32,000 nucleotides of DNA from Planctomycetales bacterium (GTDB lineage Bacteria > 4484-113 > JAFGCY01): positions 900,001 to 932,000 of the forward strand of contig CP060262.1 in NCBI GenBank assembly GCA_022646745.1, in the 5' to 3' direction. Each line of letters begins with the position of its first letter. Within the stretch, counting starts at the first letter, position 1. Below are positions 7,560 through 15,700 of this stretch, piece after piece. Below the pieces are notes generated by a model that saw nothing but the letters and a program-made list of their open reading frames with translations, had not been told where the DNA came from and did no database searches. A program made the translations under genes and the position numbers.

Positions 7560-8492
7560 ATGATCAGAGTTAACAACCTCGTCAAGCATTACAAGCGGGT
7601 GCAGGCCGTGGACGGCATCACCTTCCACGTCGAGGAGGGCGACATCTTCGGCTTCATCGGGCCCAACGGCGCCGGCAAGACCACCACCATCAAGATGCTC
7701 GCCACCCTGCTGCTGCCCACCAGCGGCTCCGCGCAGATCGGCGGCTATGACGTGGTCAGCGAAAGCGACAAGGTGCGCCAGATGCTGGGTTACATGCCGG
7801 ACTACTTCGGCGTTTACAACGACCTCAAGGTCTGGGAATACCTCGACTTCTTCGCCGCCGCCTACAAGATCCCGCGCACGCGCCGCGTCGGCATCATTGA
7901 CGACGTGCTGGTGCTGACCGACCTGACCGTCAAGAAGGACGCCTTCGTGGCCGAGCTCTCGAAGGGCATGAAGCAGCGCCTCTGCCTGGCGCGCACCCTG
8001 ATCCACAACCCGAAGGTGCTGATCCTCGACGAGCCGGCCTCCGGCCTCGACCCGCGCGCCCGCATCGAGATGCGCGAGCTCCTGAAGGAGCTCAAGCGGA
8101 TGGGCAAGACGGTGTTCATCTCCAGCCACATCCTCACGGAACTGTCCGACTTCTGCAACAAGGTAGGCATCATCGAGGCCGGGCACATGGTGGTTTCGGG
8201 CGCGGTGGATGAGATCCTGCAGGCGGTCAGCCAGGGCCAGCTGGTCACGCTCAGCGTGCCGGCGGAGCAGCTTGAGGCAGCCGCCGCGGCGGCCCAGCGC
8301 CATGCCAAGGTGCTCAATGTGGAAACCAAGGGTTCCACCGAACTGGAAGTGCACTTCGACGGCCACCTGGACGACCTCTCCGAACTGATGCAGCACATGC
8401 TGGCCGAAGGCATCAAGGTCCGCTCGATGAAGGAGAGCGTGAACAGCCTCGAGGACATCTTCATGAAGGTGACTAAGGGCCAGGTGAATTAG
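7560..8492 (+). CDS. ABC transporter ATP-binding protein (310 aa)
   Basis: Walker A GPNGAGKTT, signature LSKGMKQRL, Walker B LILDEPASGLD, H-loop SSHIL. TAG at 8490-8492. Confidence 0.95.
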   Translation: MIRVNNLVKHYKRVQAVDGITFHVEEGDIFGFIGPNGAGKTTTIKMLATLLLPTSGSAQIGGYDVVSESDKVRQMLGYMPDYFGVYNDLKVWEYLDFFAAAYKIPRTRRVGIIDDVLVLTDLTVKKDAFVAELSKGMKQRLCLARTLIHNPKVLILDEPASGLDPRARIEMRELLKELKRMGKTVFISSHILTELSDFCNKVGIIEAGHMVVSGAVDEILQAVSQGQLVTLSVPAEQLEAAAAAAQRHAKVLNVETKGSTELEVHFDGHLDDLSELMQHMLAEGIKVRSMKESVNSLEDIFMKVTKGQVN

Positions 8493-8495
8493 GCA

Positions 8496-8695
8496 GGTTC
8501 CAGGGAACTGGGAACAGGGATCAGGTTTCTGAAGCGCCATAGAGGCGCTGCGAAGCTACACCATCGAAGTCACTGCAAAGCTGTGCCATCTGCCATTCCC
8601 GCCTATGCGCAGCTATGTCGCGCTGGCGCGTTCCCGCGCTACGCGCTCCTTCTGCCCATCCCGCATCCCCGGTTTCCAGTTCGCAGTTCCCTGTT
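8496..8695. repeat. MITE-like noncoding element bounded by inverted GGGAACT-type heptamer arms
   Basis: Heptamers GGTTCCA GGGAACT GGGAACA GGGATCA at 8496-8523. CAGGGAACTGGGAAC (8501-8515) is the reverse complement of 8679-8693 at 14/15. The interior carries a 52-nt unit (8598-8649) that recurs at 10029-10080. Confidence 0.45.
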
Positions 8696-8717
8696 TTATA
8701 AATTAACATGCCTATTC

Positions 8718-8754
8718 CTTGACACGGTATTTCGATTAAGGTACACATTTGTAC
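8718..8754 (+). promoter_or_regulatory. Candidate promoter plus dyad operator upstream of the 8775 ORF
   Basis: TTGACA at 8718-8723, then a 17-nt spacer, then a weak -10 TACACA at 8741-8746. Dyad GGTACA-CATT-TGTACC at 8739-8754 overlaps the -10. Confidence 0.3.
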
Positions 8755-8774
8755 CGTACACTTTGAGGTGAAAT

Positions 8775-9185
8775 ATGCAGATAGTCAAGGAAGGCCCGCA
8801 CAACTGGGATGACCTGGAAAGCCGCAAGCCGCTGGAGTGGCTGCTGGTGTACAGCATCGAGGCCAACGGCGGCATCGATGATGAATGGCTGAAAAAGGGC
8901 GGGATGCAGCGCGCCGAGGCCGAGAAGCTGCTGAAGGAGGACCCGCGCCGCCGCGAGCATATCCGTGGGCTGCTGCGCATCGGCCGCCTGTTCAGCCTGC
9001 AGATGCTGTTTGAGCTGCTCAGGCAGCGCGCCACTGAGATGCTGGCCGTGGTGATGAAGCCGGCGGAGATCAAGTCACTGCTGGGCACCCTGCGCATGCT
9101 GCGCACGGTCGAGCAGGATGAGCAGGCCTTCGCCATGCGCCAGGCCAGCTCGATGCTGCAACTGGCAACGGCCAGCACTCCGTAG
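8775..9185 (+). CDS. Hypothetical protein (136 aa, helical, no signal peptide)
   Basis: Strong RBS GAGGTGAAAT before ATG 8775. Coding-like codon bias. Tandem TAG TAG stops at 9183-9188. No motif recognised. Confidence 0.65.
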   Translation: MQIVKEGPHNWDDLESRKPLEWLLVYSIEANGGIDDEWLKKGGMQRAEAEKLLKEDPRRREHIRGLLRIGRLFSLQMLFELLRQRATEMLAVVMKPAEIKSLLGTLRMLRTVEQDEQAFAMRQASSMLQLATASTP

Positions 9186-9188
9186 TAG

Positions 9189-9258
9189 CAGCGGCGCCCC
9201 CGCCGCTGGCAACAGTGGTCAGTGGTCAGACTTCAGTAGCGGCTGCTTCCAGCAGCCG
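9189..9258 (+). terminator. Two GC-rich hairpins after the 8775-9185 ORF (possible terminator, no U-tract)
   Basis: CAGCGGCG-CCCC-CGCCGCTG at 9189-9208 and CGGCTGC-TTCCA-GCAGCCG at 9240-9258. CAGTGGT heptamers lie between them (9213-9240). Confidence 0.3.
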
Positions 9259-9307
9259 GAAGAAGTTGTCAGTTCTGAGTTCATAGTGCCATGTTACAGG
9301 TGTGGCG

Positions 9308-9663
9308 GCGCGGCTCGCATGCGCTCGAGTTTATTCGAGGTGGGGTAGCGATCGTTTTGTCAACGCGGAGTCGCGGAGACGCGGAGTAATACAGAGAGCG
9401 GATTAACAGAAAATAGTCCGTAGCGGCGCAGTCCCACTGCGGCAGCACGCGAGTTCTGGCAACAAGGCAAGTTGACACGAGAGAGAGGAATTGCCACCGC
9501 AATTCTCAGTGGCTCAGTGCTACAGTGGTGTATCAGGCGGATTTGCCTACCACTGAGCCACGGAGACACTGAGAAGATGAAGCTTGCCGGGCTCATTGCT
9601 CATTCATCATTGCTCATTGCTTCACAGCATGCTCTCCCAGTCGCACGGAGCGTGCGCCGCTAC
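9308..9663. repeat. Composite repeat, copy 1 (9308-9386 plus 9571-9663), interrupted by a 184-nt insertion (9387-9570)
   Basis: The two halves align to the contiguous copy at 9817-10000. Contains CGCGGAGN x3 (9364-9387) and GCTCATT-type heptamers (9591-9625). Confidence 0.7.
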
Positions 9664-9693
9664 GGATTTCATTTGATGATTCGTGTCTGGAGA

Positions 9694-9722
9694 TTAACCA
9701 CAGAGGCACAGAGCACACAGAG
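9694..9722 (+). repeat. Solo CACAGAG-type cassette arm
   Basis: TTAACCACAGAGGCACAGAGCACACAGAG followed by AATAATGGC (compare AAAATGACAATGGC in the intact cassette). No gene and no partner arm follow. Confidence 0.6.
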
Positions 9723-9816
9723 AATAATGGCTTGAATTCTCCGCGCCTCTCTTCAATCTCCCCGACTCCGCGTTGAAGAGAACCAGCCTGGCGAGCACGT
9801 TGTCACCCGCGCGACT

Positions 9817-10000
9817 GCGCGGCTCGCATGCGCTCGAGTAGATTCGAGCCAAGTATGCGATGTTTTTGTCAACGCGAAGGCGCGAAGACGCGAAGGGAGA
9901 TGAAGTTCGCACGGCTCATTGCTCATTCATCATTGCTCATCCATCATCGCTCATTGCTTCACGGCATGCATTCCCAGTCGCACGGAGCGTGCGCCGCTAC
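9817..10000. repeat. Composite repeat, copy 2 (contiguous)
   Basis: Contains CGCGAAGN x3 (9873-9896) and seven GCTCATT-type heptamers (9914-9962, two more units than copy 1). Shared tail CCCAGTCGCACGGAGCGTGCGCCGCTAC. Confidence 0.7.
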
Positions 10001-10080
10001 TGCCTTCTGCCTCTTGCCTTCTGCCCTTCCCGCCAATGCGCAGCTATGTCACACTGGCGCGTTCATGCGCTACGCGCTCC
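10000..10080. repeat. CTGCCTT heptamers (10000-10027) plus the 52-nt unit (10029-10080) repeated from 8598-8649
   Basis: CTGCCTT CTGCCTC TTGCCTT CTGCCCT. The 52-nt unit differs from 8598-8649 at 5 positions. Confidence 0.7.
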
Positions 10081-10102
10081 GCTCTGGCCTCCCACTGCCA
10101 AC

Positions 10103-12460
10103 TCACTGCAGCGTGGGCTTCGGGTTCAGCCGGTGCAGCACCAGCCGGGTCTGGTCCGGGGCGGCGTTCAGCTTCACGCAGGCAAAGGTCTGCAGGAAGT
10201 CGTCAAACTGCAGCAGCACCGGTGCGCAGGATGCCGCCTCGTAGGGATCGGACACCCCGGAGGCCGGCGACTCGAACCACTGCCGTCCGAGCAGGCTTTC
10301 GCCGCCGTTGCGCACAAGCGGGCTCAGCAGGCGCGGTGCCGTGGCCGAGTTGTCAGCAATCGCAAGCACCGGCATCCCGTCCCACCACTGCATGGCCACG
10401 CCGCTCACGTCGCGGTTGCTGAAGTCCAGCAGCACTTCGGAGCGCCAGTGCGCTTCCTTGTAGGGCAGCGGCGTCACGCTGCCGATGGCAATGAGCTTCG
10501 CATCACTTTCCGCCACGCCGGTTGCTGCCAGCACATGGGGCAGGCCGGACGGTGAGAAGCCGATTTCGATCCCTTCACCCTCGCCGTGGAATGGCCGCGC
10601 ATCCAGGTAGAAGGACTGCCAGTCCTCCGGCACAAGCGGACTCGGTATGCTGGCATGCAGCAGTTCAATAACGGTGAAGCCGTTTTCGGCATACACCAGC
10701 ACGATCGCCGGCCGGCCGTCCAGCTCGACCATGTCGAACACGTTCGGCAGGTTCATTCCGGACAGGTCGAACTCGCGCACGATGCTGTAGCCGAAACCCT
10801 CCGCCGGGCTGTCCATCGGCACATCGGAGAATCCGTAGACCAGCTCGCCGGTGAAGGTCTCATAGTCCGCGCGCAGGTAGCCGATCGACAGCCGGCCGTC
10901 AACTTCCGCCAGCTTGATCTCATGCCCCTGCACCTCATTGCTGGATACGAGCTCATCCGTCCAGTCATCCTCGCTGTCGGGGAACAGCGTATTGGCCCCG
11001 GCCAGGTGGATGCCCACTTCATCCAGCAGCTCATCCGTGTTGCACCAGGCCACCCAGGGCCGGCCATTGTGCTGGATCACCGCCATGCGGGCCGTCGGGT
11101 CCGCCGTGCCGATGTGCATGTCGAACGGGATGCCGAACATGTCAGCGCTGCGCGAATTGAAGTAGATGCCGTCATCCGCCCCGTTGTAGTAGGCGAAACC
11201 CAGCCGCCGGGTCGCATCATCGCCAAAGTGCATTGCATCAGCGTAGTAGTCGTAGTTTGTTTGATTCACGGACTTCAGCAGGTCGAAACTGGACTGGCCG
11301 CGGCAGCCAGTGGCCGTCGGGCTGGGCGGGCTGGTGATGCCGACCACGTCCGTCAGCACGAAGTACTCGTGCGGATCGTTGTCAACAAGCGTGGTGTCCT
11401 CAAAAGTATGCAGCCCGTTGACGGGCGCACCGGCGTCGTAGCCGATCTGCAGCACCTCGCCGTCGCGGTAGATGTCGAACAGCCCGCCGCCCCAGACCCA
11501 GGGCCACTGCAGCACGACCTTGTCGGTGTACAGGCCCTGCGAGGCGTACAGCGCGGCCGGGGCCGGCGTGCGGCGGATGCCGTTGTCAACCTCGCTCCAG
11601 GGGCCCTGCTGCTCATTCTCGTCAATCGCGCTGACCCGGTAGCTGTACTCAGTGTTGCTCAGGCAGACCGGCGTGGAGTCGTACAGGTGGTTGACCGGCG
11701 AGCCAGCGGTGATCAGCACGCGCTGCCAGGCCTCCTCATCCTCCGCCGGCAGCTTGTACTGCAGCTCATAATTCACCGCACCGGGCACCGGGTCCCAGCG
11801 CAGCTCGATGCGGTCCGGCGCCAGGCCGTCGCTGGCCGTGAAGTTGCGCACCTGCGCCATGTCGGAATCGGCAACCAAAAGCAGGCGGTCCAGTTCCACA
11901 TCCGGCTGGCCCTCCGGCAGCAGCACGGCGAGGTAGCTGTTGCCAGCGGGTCCGAGGTGCCGGGCAATGTCGTAGTGGTCCACCAGCTCGAAGGTCGGCT
12001 GCGGGTCATCGCTTGCAAGCGGGCCGAAGAAGTCCCAGCGTCCCTTGCTGTAGTCGGAGAAGGCGAAGTACAGCGGCGTGCCGGCCTCGTAGTCCAGGCA
12101 GTCCAGCTGGATGAAGCCCAGCCGCGCCTCGGGAGCGATGCCGGGCAGGCGGTAGACAGCGAAGCGATAACCGGGCTGGCCGGCGGACAGCAGGCCGTAG
12201 TCATCCGGCAGCACCTCAAAGCCGTTGCCATCCACTACATCGTGGCCCTCCACGACTTCGGTGAACACCACCCGGGCCTCGCGCAGCACATCTCCGGGGG
12301 CAGTGTCTGCCGGTAGCGGAAGCAGCTGCACTCCAGGCAACATATCCGTGGCAGGCGCGGATTCCCGCTGCAGGGTGGATGAGGTCCGCTCATCGGTGGA
12401 GCATCCGGCGAGCACCAATGTGCCGCCGAGCGTGGCAAACAGTAGTCTCAGTTTCCGCAT
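10103..12460 (-). CDS. Lipoprotein: shared N-module, 2 FN3-like modules, GRP-blade beta-propeller (family C1, 785 aa)
   Basis: MRKLRLLFATLGGTLVLAGC lipobox. RFAVYRL and FSDYSKGRWDF. TASDGLAPDRIELRWDPVPGAVNYELQYK and YTDKVVLQW...IYRDG. Blades HNGRPWVAW, VDGRLSIGY, LDGRPAIVL. TGA at 10103-10105. Confidence 0.9.
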   Translation of the reverse strand: MRKLRLLFATLGGTLVLAGCSTDERTSSTLQRESAPATDMLPGVQLLPLPADTAPGDVLREARVVFTEVVEGHDVVDGNGFEVLPDDYGLLSAGQPGYRFAVYRLPGIAPEARLGFIQLDCLDYEAGTPLYFAFSDYSKGRWDFFGPLASDDPQPTFELVDHYDIARHLGPAGNSYLAVLLPEGQPDVELDRLLLVADSDMAQVRNFTASDGLAPDRIELRWDPVPGAVNYELQYKLPAEDEEAWQRVLITAGSPVNHLYDSTPVCLSNTEYSYRVSAIDENEQQGPWSEVDNGIRRTPAPAALYASQGLYTDKVVLQWPWVWGGGLFDIYRDGEVLQIGYDAGAPVNGLHTFEDTTLVDNDPHEYFVLTDVVGITSPPSPTATGCRGQSSFDLLKSVNQTNYDYYADAMHFGDDATRRLGFAYYNGADDGIYFNSRSADMFGIPFDMHIGTADPTARMAVIQHNGRPWVAWCNTDELLDEVGIHLAGANTLFPDSEDDWTDELVSSNEVQGHEIKLAEVDGRLSIGYLRADYETFTGELVYGFSDVPMDSPAEGFGYSIVREFDLSGMNLPNVFDMVELDGRPAIVLVYAENGFTVIELLHASIPSPLVPEDWQSFYLDARPFHGEGEGIEIGFSPSGLPHVLAATGVAESDAKLIAIGSVTPLPYKEAHWRSEVLLDFSNRDVSGVAMQWWDGMPVLAIADNSATAPRLLSPLVRNGGESLLGRQWFESPASGVSDPYEAASCAPVLLQFDDFLQTFACVKLNAAPDQTRLVLHRLNPKPTLQ

Positions 12461-12522
12461 AGCATGTCCAGCCTTGTCGGGATCAGTAAGCGGGCCGCGC
12501 GGACACGGCCTGACCGATTATA

Positions 12523-12539
12523 GCCGCATGGCATGCGGC
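12523..12539. promoter_or_regulatory. 17-nt perfect palindrome in a divergent promoter region
   Basis: GCCGCATG-G-CATGCGGC, lying between divergent starts at 12460 (-) and 12776 (+). Confidence 0.3.
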
Positions 12540-12628
12540 CTGGCGAGCATGGCGGGGTTGTGCAGTCATTGGGCAATGGGCAGAAGCAGAATGAGAATGA
12601 GAAACAGATAAGGTTGCAGCAGCATCAG

Positions 12629-12676
12629 CCTACTGCCTTTGCACACTGCCTACTGGCTACTGACCACTGCCTACTG
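12629..12676. repeat. Heptamer repeats NCYACTG
   Basis: CCTACTG at 12629, then CCTACTG GCTACTG ACCACTG CCTACTG in tandem at 12649-12676. Confidence 0.6.
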
Positions 12677-12685
12677 AACACTTCG

Positions 12686-12704
12686 ATTCCGAAAGGAATA
12701 TTCC
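12686..12704. promoter_or_regulatory. Overlapping dyads ATTCC-GAAA-GGAAT and GGAATATTCC
   Basis: Read directly, about 70 nt upstream of ATG 12776. The perfect 10-nt palindrome is at 12695-12704. Confidence 0.25.
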
Positions 12705-12775
12705 GGTCACGCCATGCCGGTTTTGCTGTAAGATTCCTTTCGCCGCCAGTCAACCAGCGGCCCTTGGGAGTTGCC

Positions 12776-15700
12776 ATGTCGAATCCGATTGTTCGCTTCG
12801 TGGTGCTCGCAGGCTGCCTTGCACTGGCATCCTGCGGCCGTTCAGGTTCCGGGCTCGAGCAGGCCGGGACCGCAGTTCCGGACAGCCAGCAGGCCCTGCG
12901 TGAGCCGCAGTTCAGCCTGCGCCAGCTTTCCGCTGACCCGGCACTCGGCACAGCCGAACTGGCACTCAGCACCCGCGAATTGTCCGACGGCAGCGTGCTG
13001 GCCAGCATCAGCGTGAGCGAGGCGAAAAGCCTGCGCGGCCTGTTCTACGAACTGGATTACGATGCAGAGCAGTACAGCCCGGTCACAGCGCAGTTCAGCA
13101 GTGGACTGGCCCCGGCAGACCAGTTGCTGACGGCCACCGACATGCAGACCGCCGGCAGCCTGCAGCATGGCGCGGTGATCATCCGCGCGCTGGAGCAGGA
13201 CGGCCTGACGGGCAGTGCGAGTGTGGCCGAGGTGCTGTTCCGTGCCCAGCCATTTGAGGAATCACGCGCAGCCAGCAAGGCGCCGAAGAGCCGCTTCAGC
13301 CAGGCCACGCTCAACCTTGACGTTACCGCGAAGACGCTGAGCTGGGGCTATGCCAACGAGGGCGATTACGACCAGAACAGTGAAGTCAACGTGGCCGACC
13401 TGGCCCCGCTGGGGACATTCTTCCAGGAGAACACCGGCGGCAGTGGCCCCTTCCCGGCGGGCAGCCGCTTCTTCATGATTGACGGCGACCGCAACGGTGA
13501 GCTGAACATTGCCGACCTGGCCCCGATCGGCACCAACTTCCAGCGCAGCTGCGCCAGCTACAACGTCTACCGCAGCCTCGACCCGGCGGACATCCCGTCC
13601 GGCGAGGACCAGAGCACGATCGAGCCGCTGGGCTTCGTCAACCTCGCCGACGGGGTCAGTGCCGAGACCGGCAGCCAGCTGCAGTTCAGCTTCGCGCTGG
13701 AGGCACTGAACAGTGGCTGGTTCTACTGGGTGCGCCCCTGTGACAAGAAGGACGGCGCCGGACTCGAGGGCGTGGCCAGCAATATCGTCAGCACCGGCGG
13801 CAAGCCCGACAACGAGGAACCGACTGCGCAGTTGAGTGCAAATCCGCTCAGCGGCAACGCCCCGCTCGCGGTCAGCTTCGATGCCTCGGGCAGCACTGAC
13901 AGCGACGGCACGATCATCCAGTTCGCCTGGGACTTCGATGGCGACGGCCTGTTTGATGCGACCACCACGGTGCCGACCGTAAGCAACACATACCAGAGCG
14001 CCGGCGTGTTCACCGCGCGGGTGCAGGTGACTGACAGCGGGGCGGCCACCGCTTCCGCCCAGGTCGAGATCGTGGCCTCCACCATCAACAACGAAGCGCC
14101 GAATGCGGCGCTGCAGCTCAACCCGGCCAGCGGAACGATCCCGCTGGAGGTGACGCTGGATGCCTCCGGCACGACCGACGACGGTGTGATCGTCAACCAT
14201 GTCTGGGACTTCGATGGCGATGGCGACGTGGAGGCCACCACCGGCAGCAACCCGATCGCTATCAATACCTATACGGCAGCCGGCAACATCAGTCCGAAGG
14301 TGACCGTTGTTGACAACTTCGGGCTGGAGGACAGCGCAACCGCATCGCTCAGCCTCGTACTCGGGCCGCAGGCCCCGGTCGCCGTGCTGCAGGGCCAGAC
14401 TGAGTTCATAAACAGCCTGCAGTTCTACTCCGCCGAGAACAGCACGGATGCCGACGGCACGATCGTGCGCTACCAGTGGGATCTCGATGCCGACGGCCTG
14501 ATTGACGGCGACACCGGCGACAGCCCCTTCATCAACATCAACATTCCGCCGGGCCTGCATGAACTGAAGCTGATCGTGACCGATGACGAGGGCCTGACGG
14601 GTGAGACCAGCCTCATCCTGCGCTCGCGCAACACGGGCAGCAATCACATGCCACCCTTCGCCAGCTTCACGGTTGATCCCCTGCAGGGCACAACCGCCGT
14701 CAGCCGCACTCTGGACGCCAGCGCCAGCACTGTGGGTGATGGTGAGGACGGCACGCTGGAATTCCGCTGGGACTTCGATGGCAACTTCGATGTGGACCTG
14801 GTCACCACCGAGCCGGTCACGCAGCATACCTACATCTTGGGCGGCATGATCACGACGCGGCTGACGGTGCGCCAGAAGAACAGTGATGGCACGACGGATG
14901 ACACCACCGTGTTCGAGATCGTGCCGGTGGGCGATTTCGGCCTGGCCCCGCTGGCGAAGCTGACGGCCACGCCCCGCATCGGCGTCGACCCGCATACCGT
15001 GATGTTTGACGGTTCCGGCAGCATCGACTTCAACGGCACGATCGAGAAGTTCGAATGGGACATTGACGGAGACCTCGTGGTTGACATCGACGGCGGGACT
15101 GACCCGACCCTCGAGCAGCTCTACACATCCTCAGGCAGCCGGACGGTGCGGCTATTCGTGACGGATGATGACGGCCAGCTGAGCATTGCCAGCGTCACCG
15201 TCGAAACCAGCGATCCGGACAACCCGCCGCCGACCGCGGCACTGATCGTCAGCCCGGAGAACGGCAGCGGCCCGCGCGAAGTGACCTTCAACGCCACGGC
15301 CAGCACCGATGATTCGCAGATCGTCTCATACCAGTTCGACATCGACGGTGACGGGGACACGGACATTTCCTCCGAGGATCCGCTGGTCTCGGTCAGTGAC
15401 CTGAACATCAACGGCACTATCACAGCCAGTGTGACCGTGGTGGATGACGACGGCGGCATCGGCATCGCGACGGATACCTACACGATCACAGGCGGGTTCG
15501 AACGGGGTACCGTCGAAGAGAAGTTCTTCCCCTTCGATACGGTCTCCGCACGGGTGAACGGTTCCGGCTCGGCCTCCGTTGCCAGCCTGATCTACTACAA
15601 CTCCTCCAGCGACAAGGTGCACTTCAGCAACAGCGCTGACATAAGCGGCACTGAATGGGATAGTCCCGGCGTGGTCTTCAAGGAAGACGGACTGCGCAAC

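Noticed and set aside
7389-8540. 383-aa minus-strand ORF antisense to the ABC ATPase
   Set aside because: It is the mirror frame of a gene with unmistakable Walker and signature motifs. Its composition is Ala/Gly/Val/His-rich, with no start context.
9308-10080. Possible CRISPR array because of the many short direct repeats
   Set aside because: Repeat units are 7-8 nt in head-to-tail tandem, or long composite copies at irregular spacing. There is no 25-40-nt repeat alternating with unique spacers, no leader and no cas genes in the window.
9472-10244. Small ORFs 9472-9735 and 9828-10244, both starting MK[LF]A[GR]LIAHSSLLI after a GGAGA-like RBS
   Set aside because: They are read-throughs of the composite repeat. 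The two copies differ by a 14-nt (non-triplet) unit insertion, so the downstream frames diverge, and the remaining 'protein' is translated heptamer repeats.
10586-12316. 576-aa plus-strand ORF inside family C1 (similarly 13262-14995, 22149-23543, 23670-24527, 25350-26186, 28743-29819)
   Set aside because: All are long antisense or off-frame ORFs typical of GC-rich DNA. They are Arg/Ala/Gly/Val-rich and lack signal or RBS features. They overlap genes supported by paralogy and motifs.
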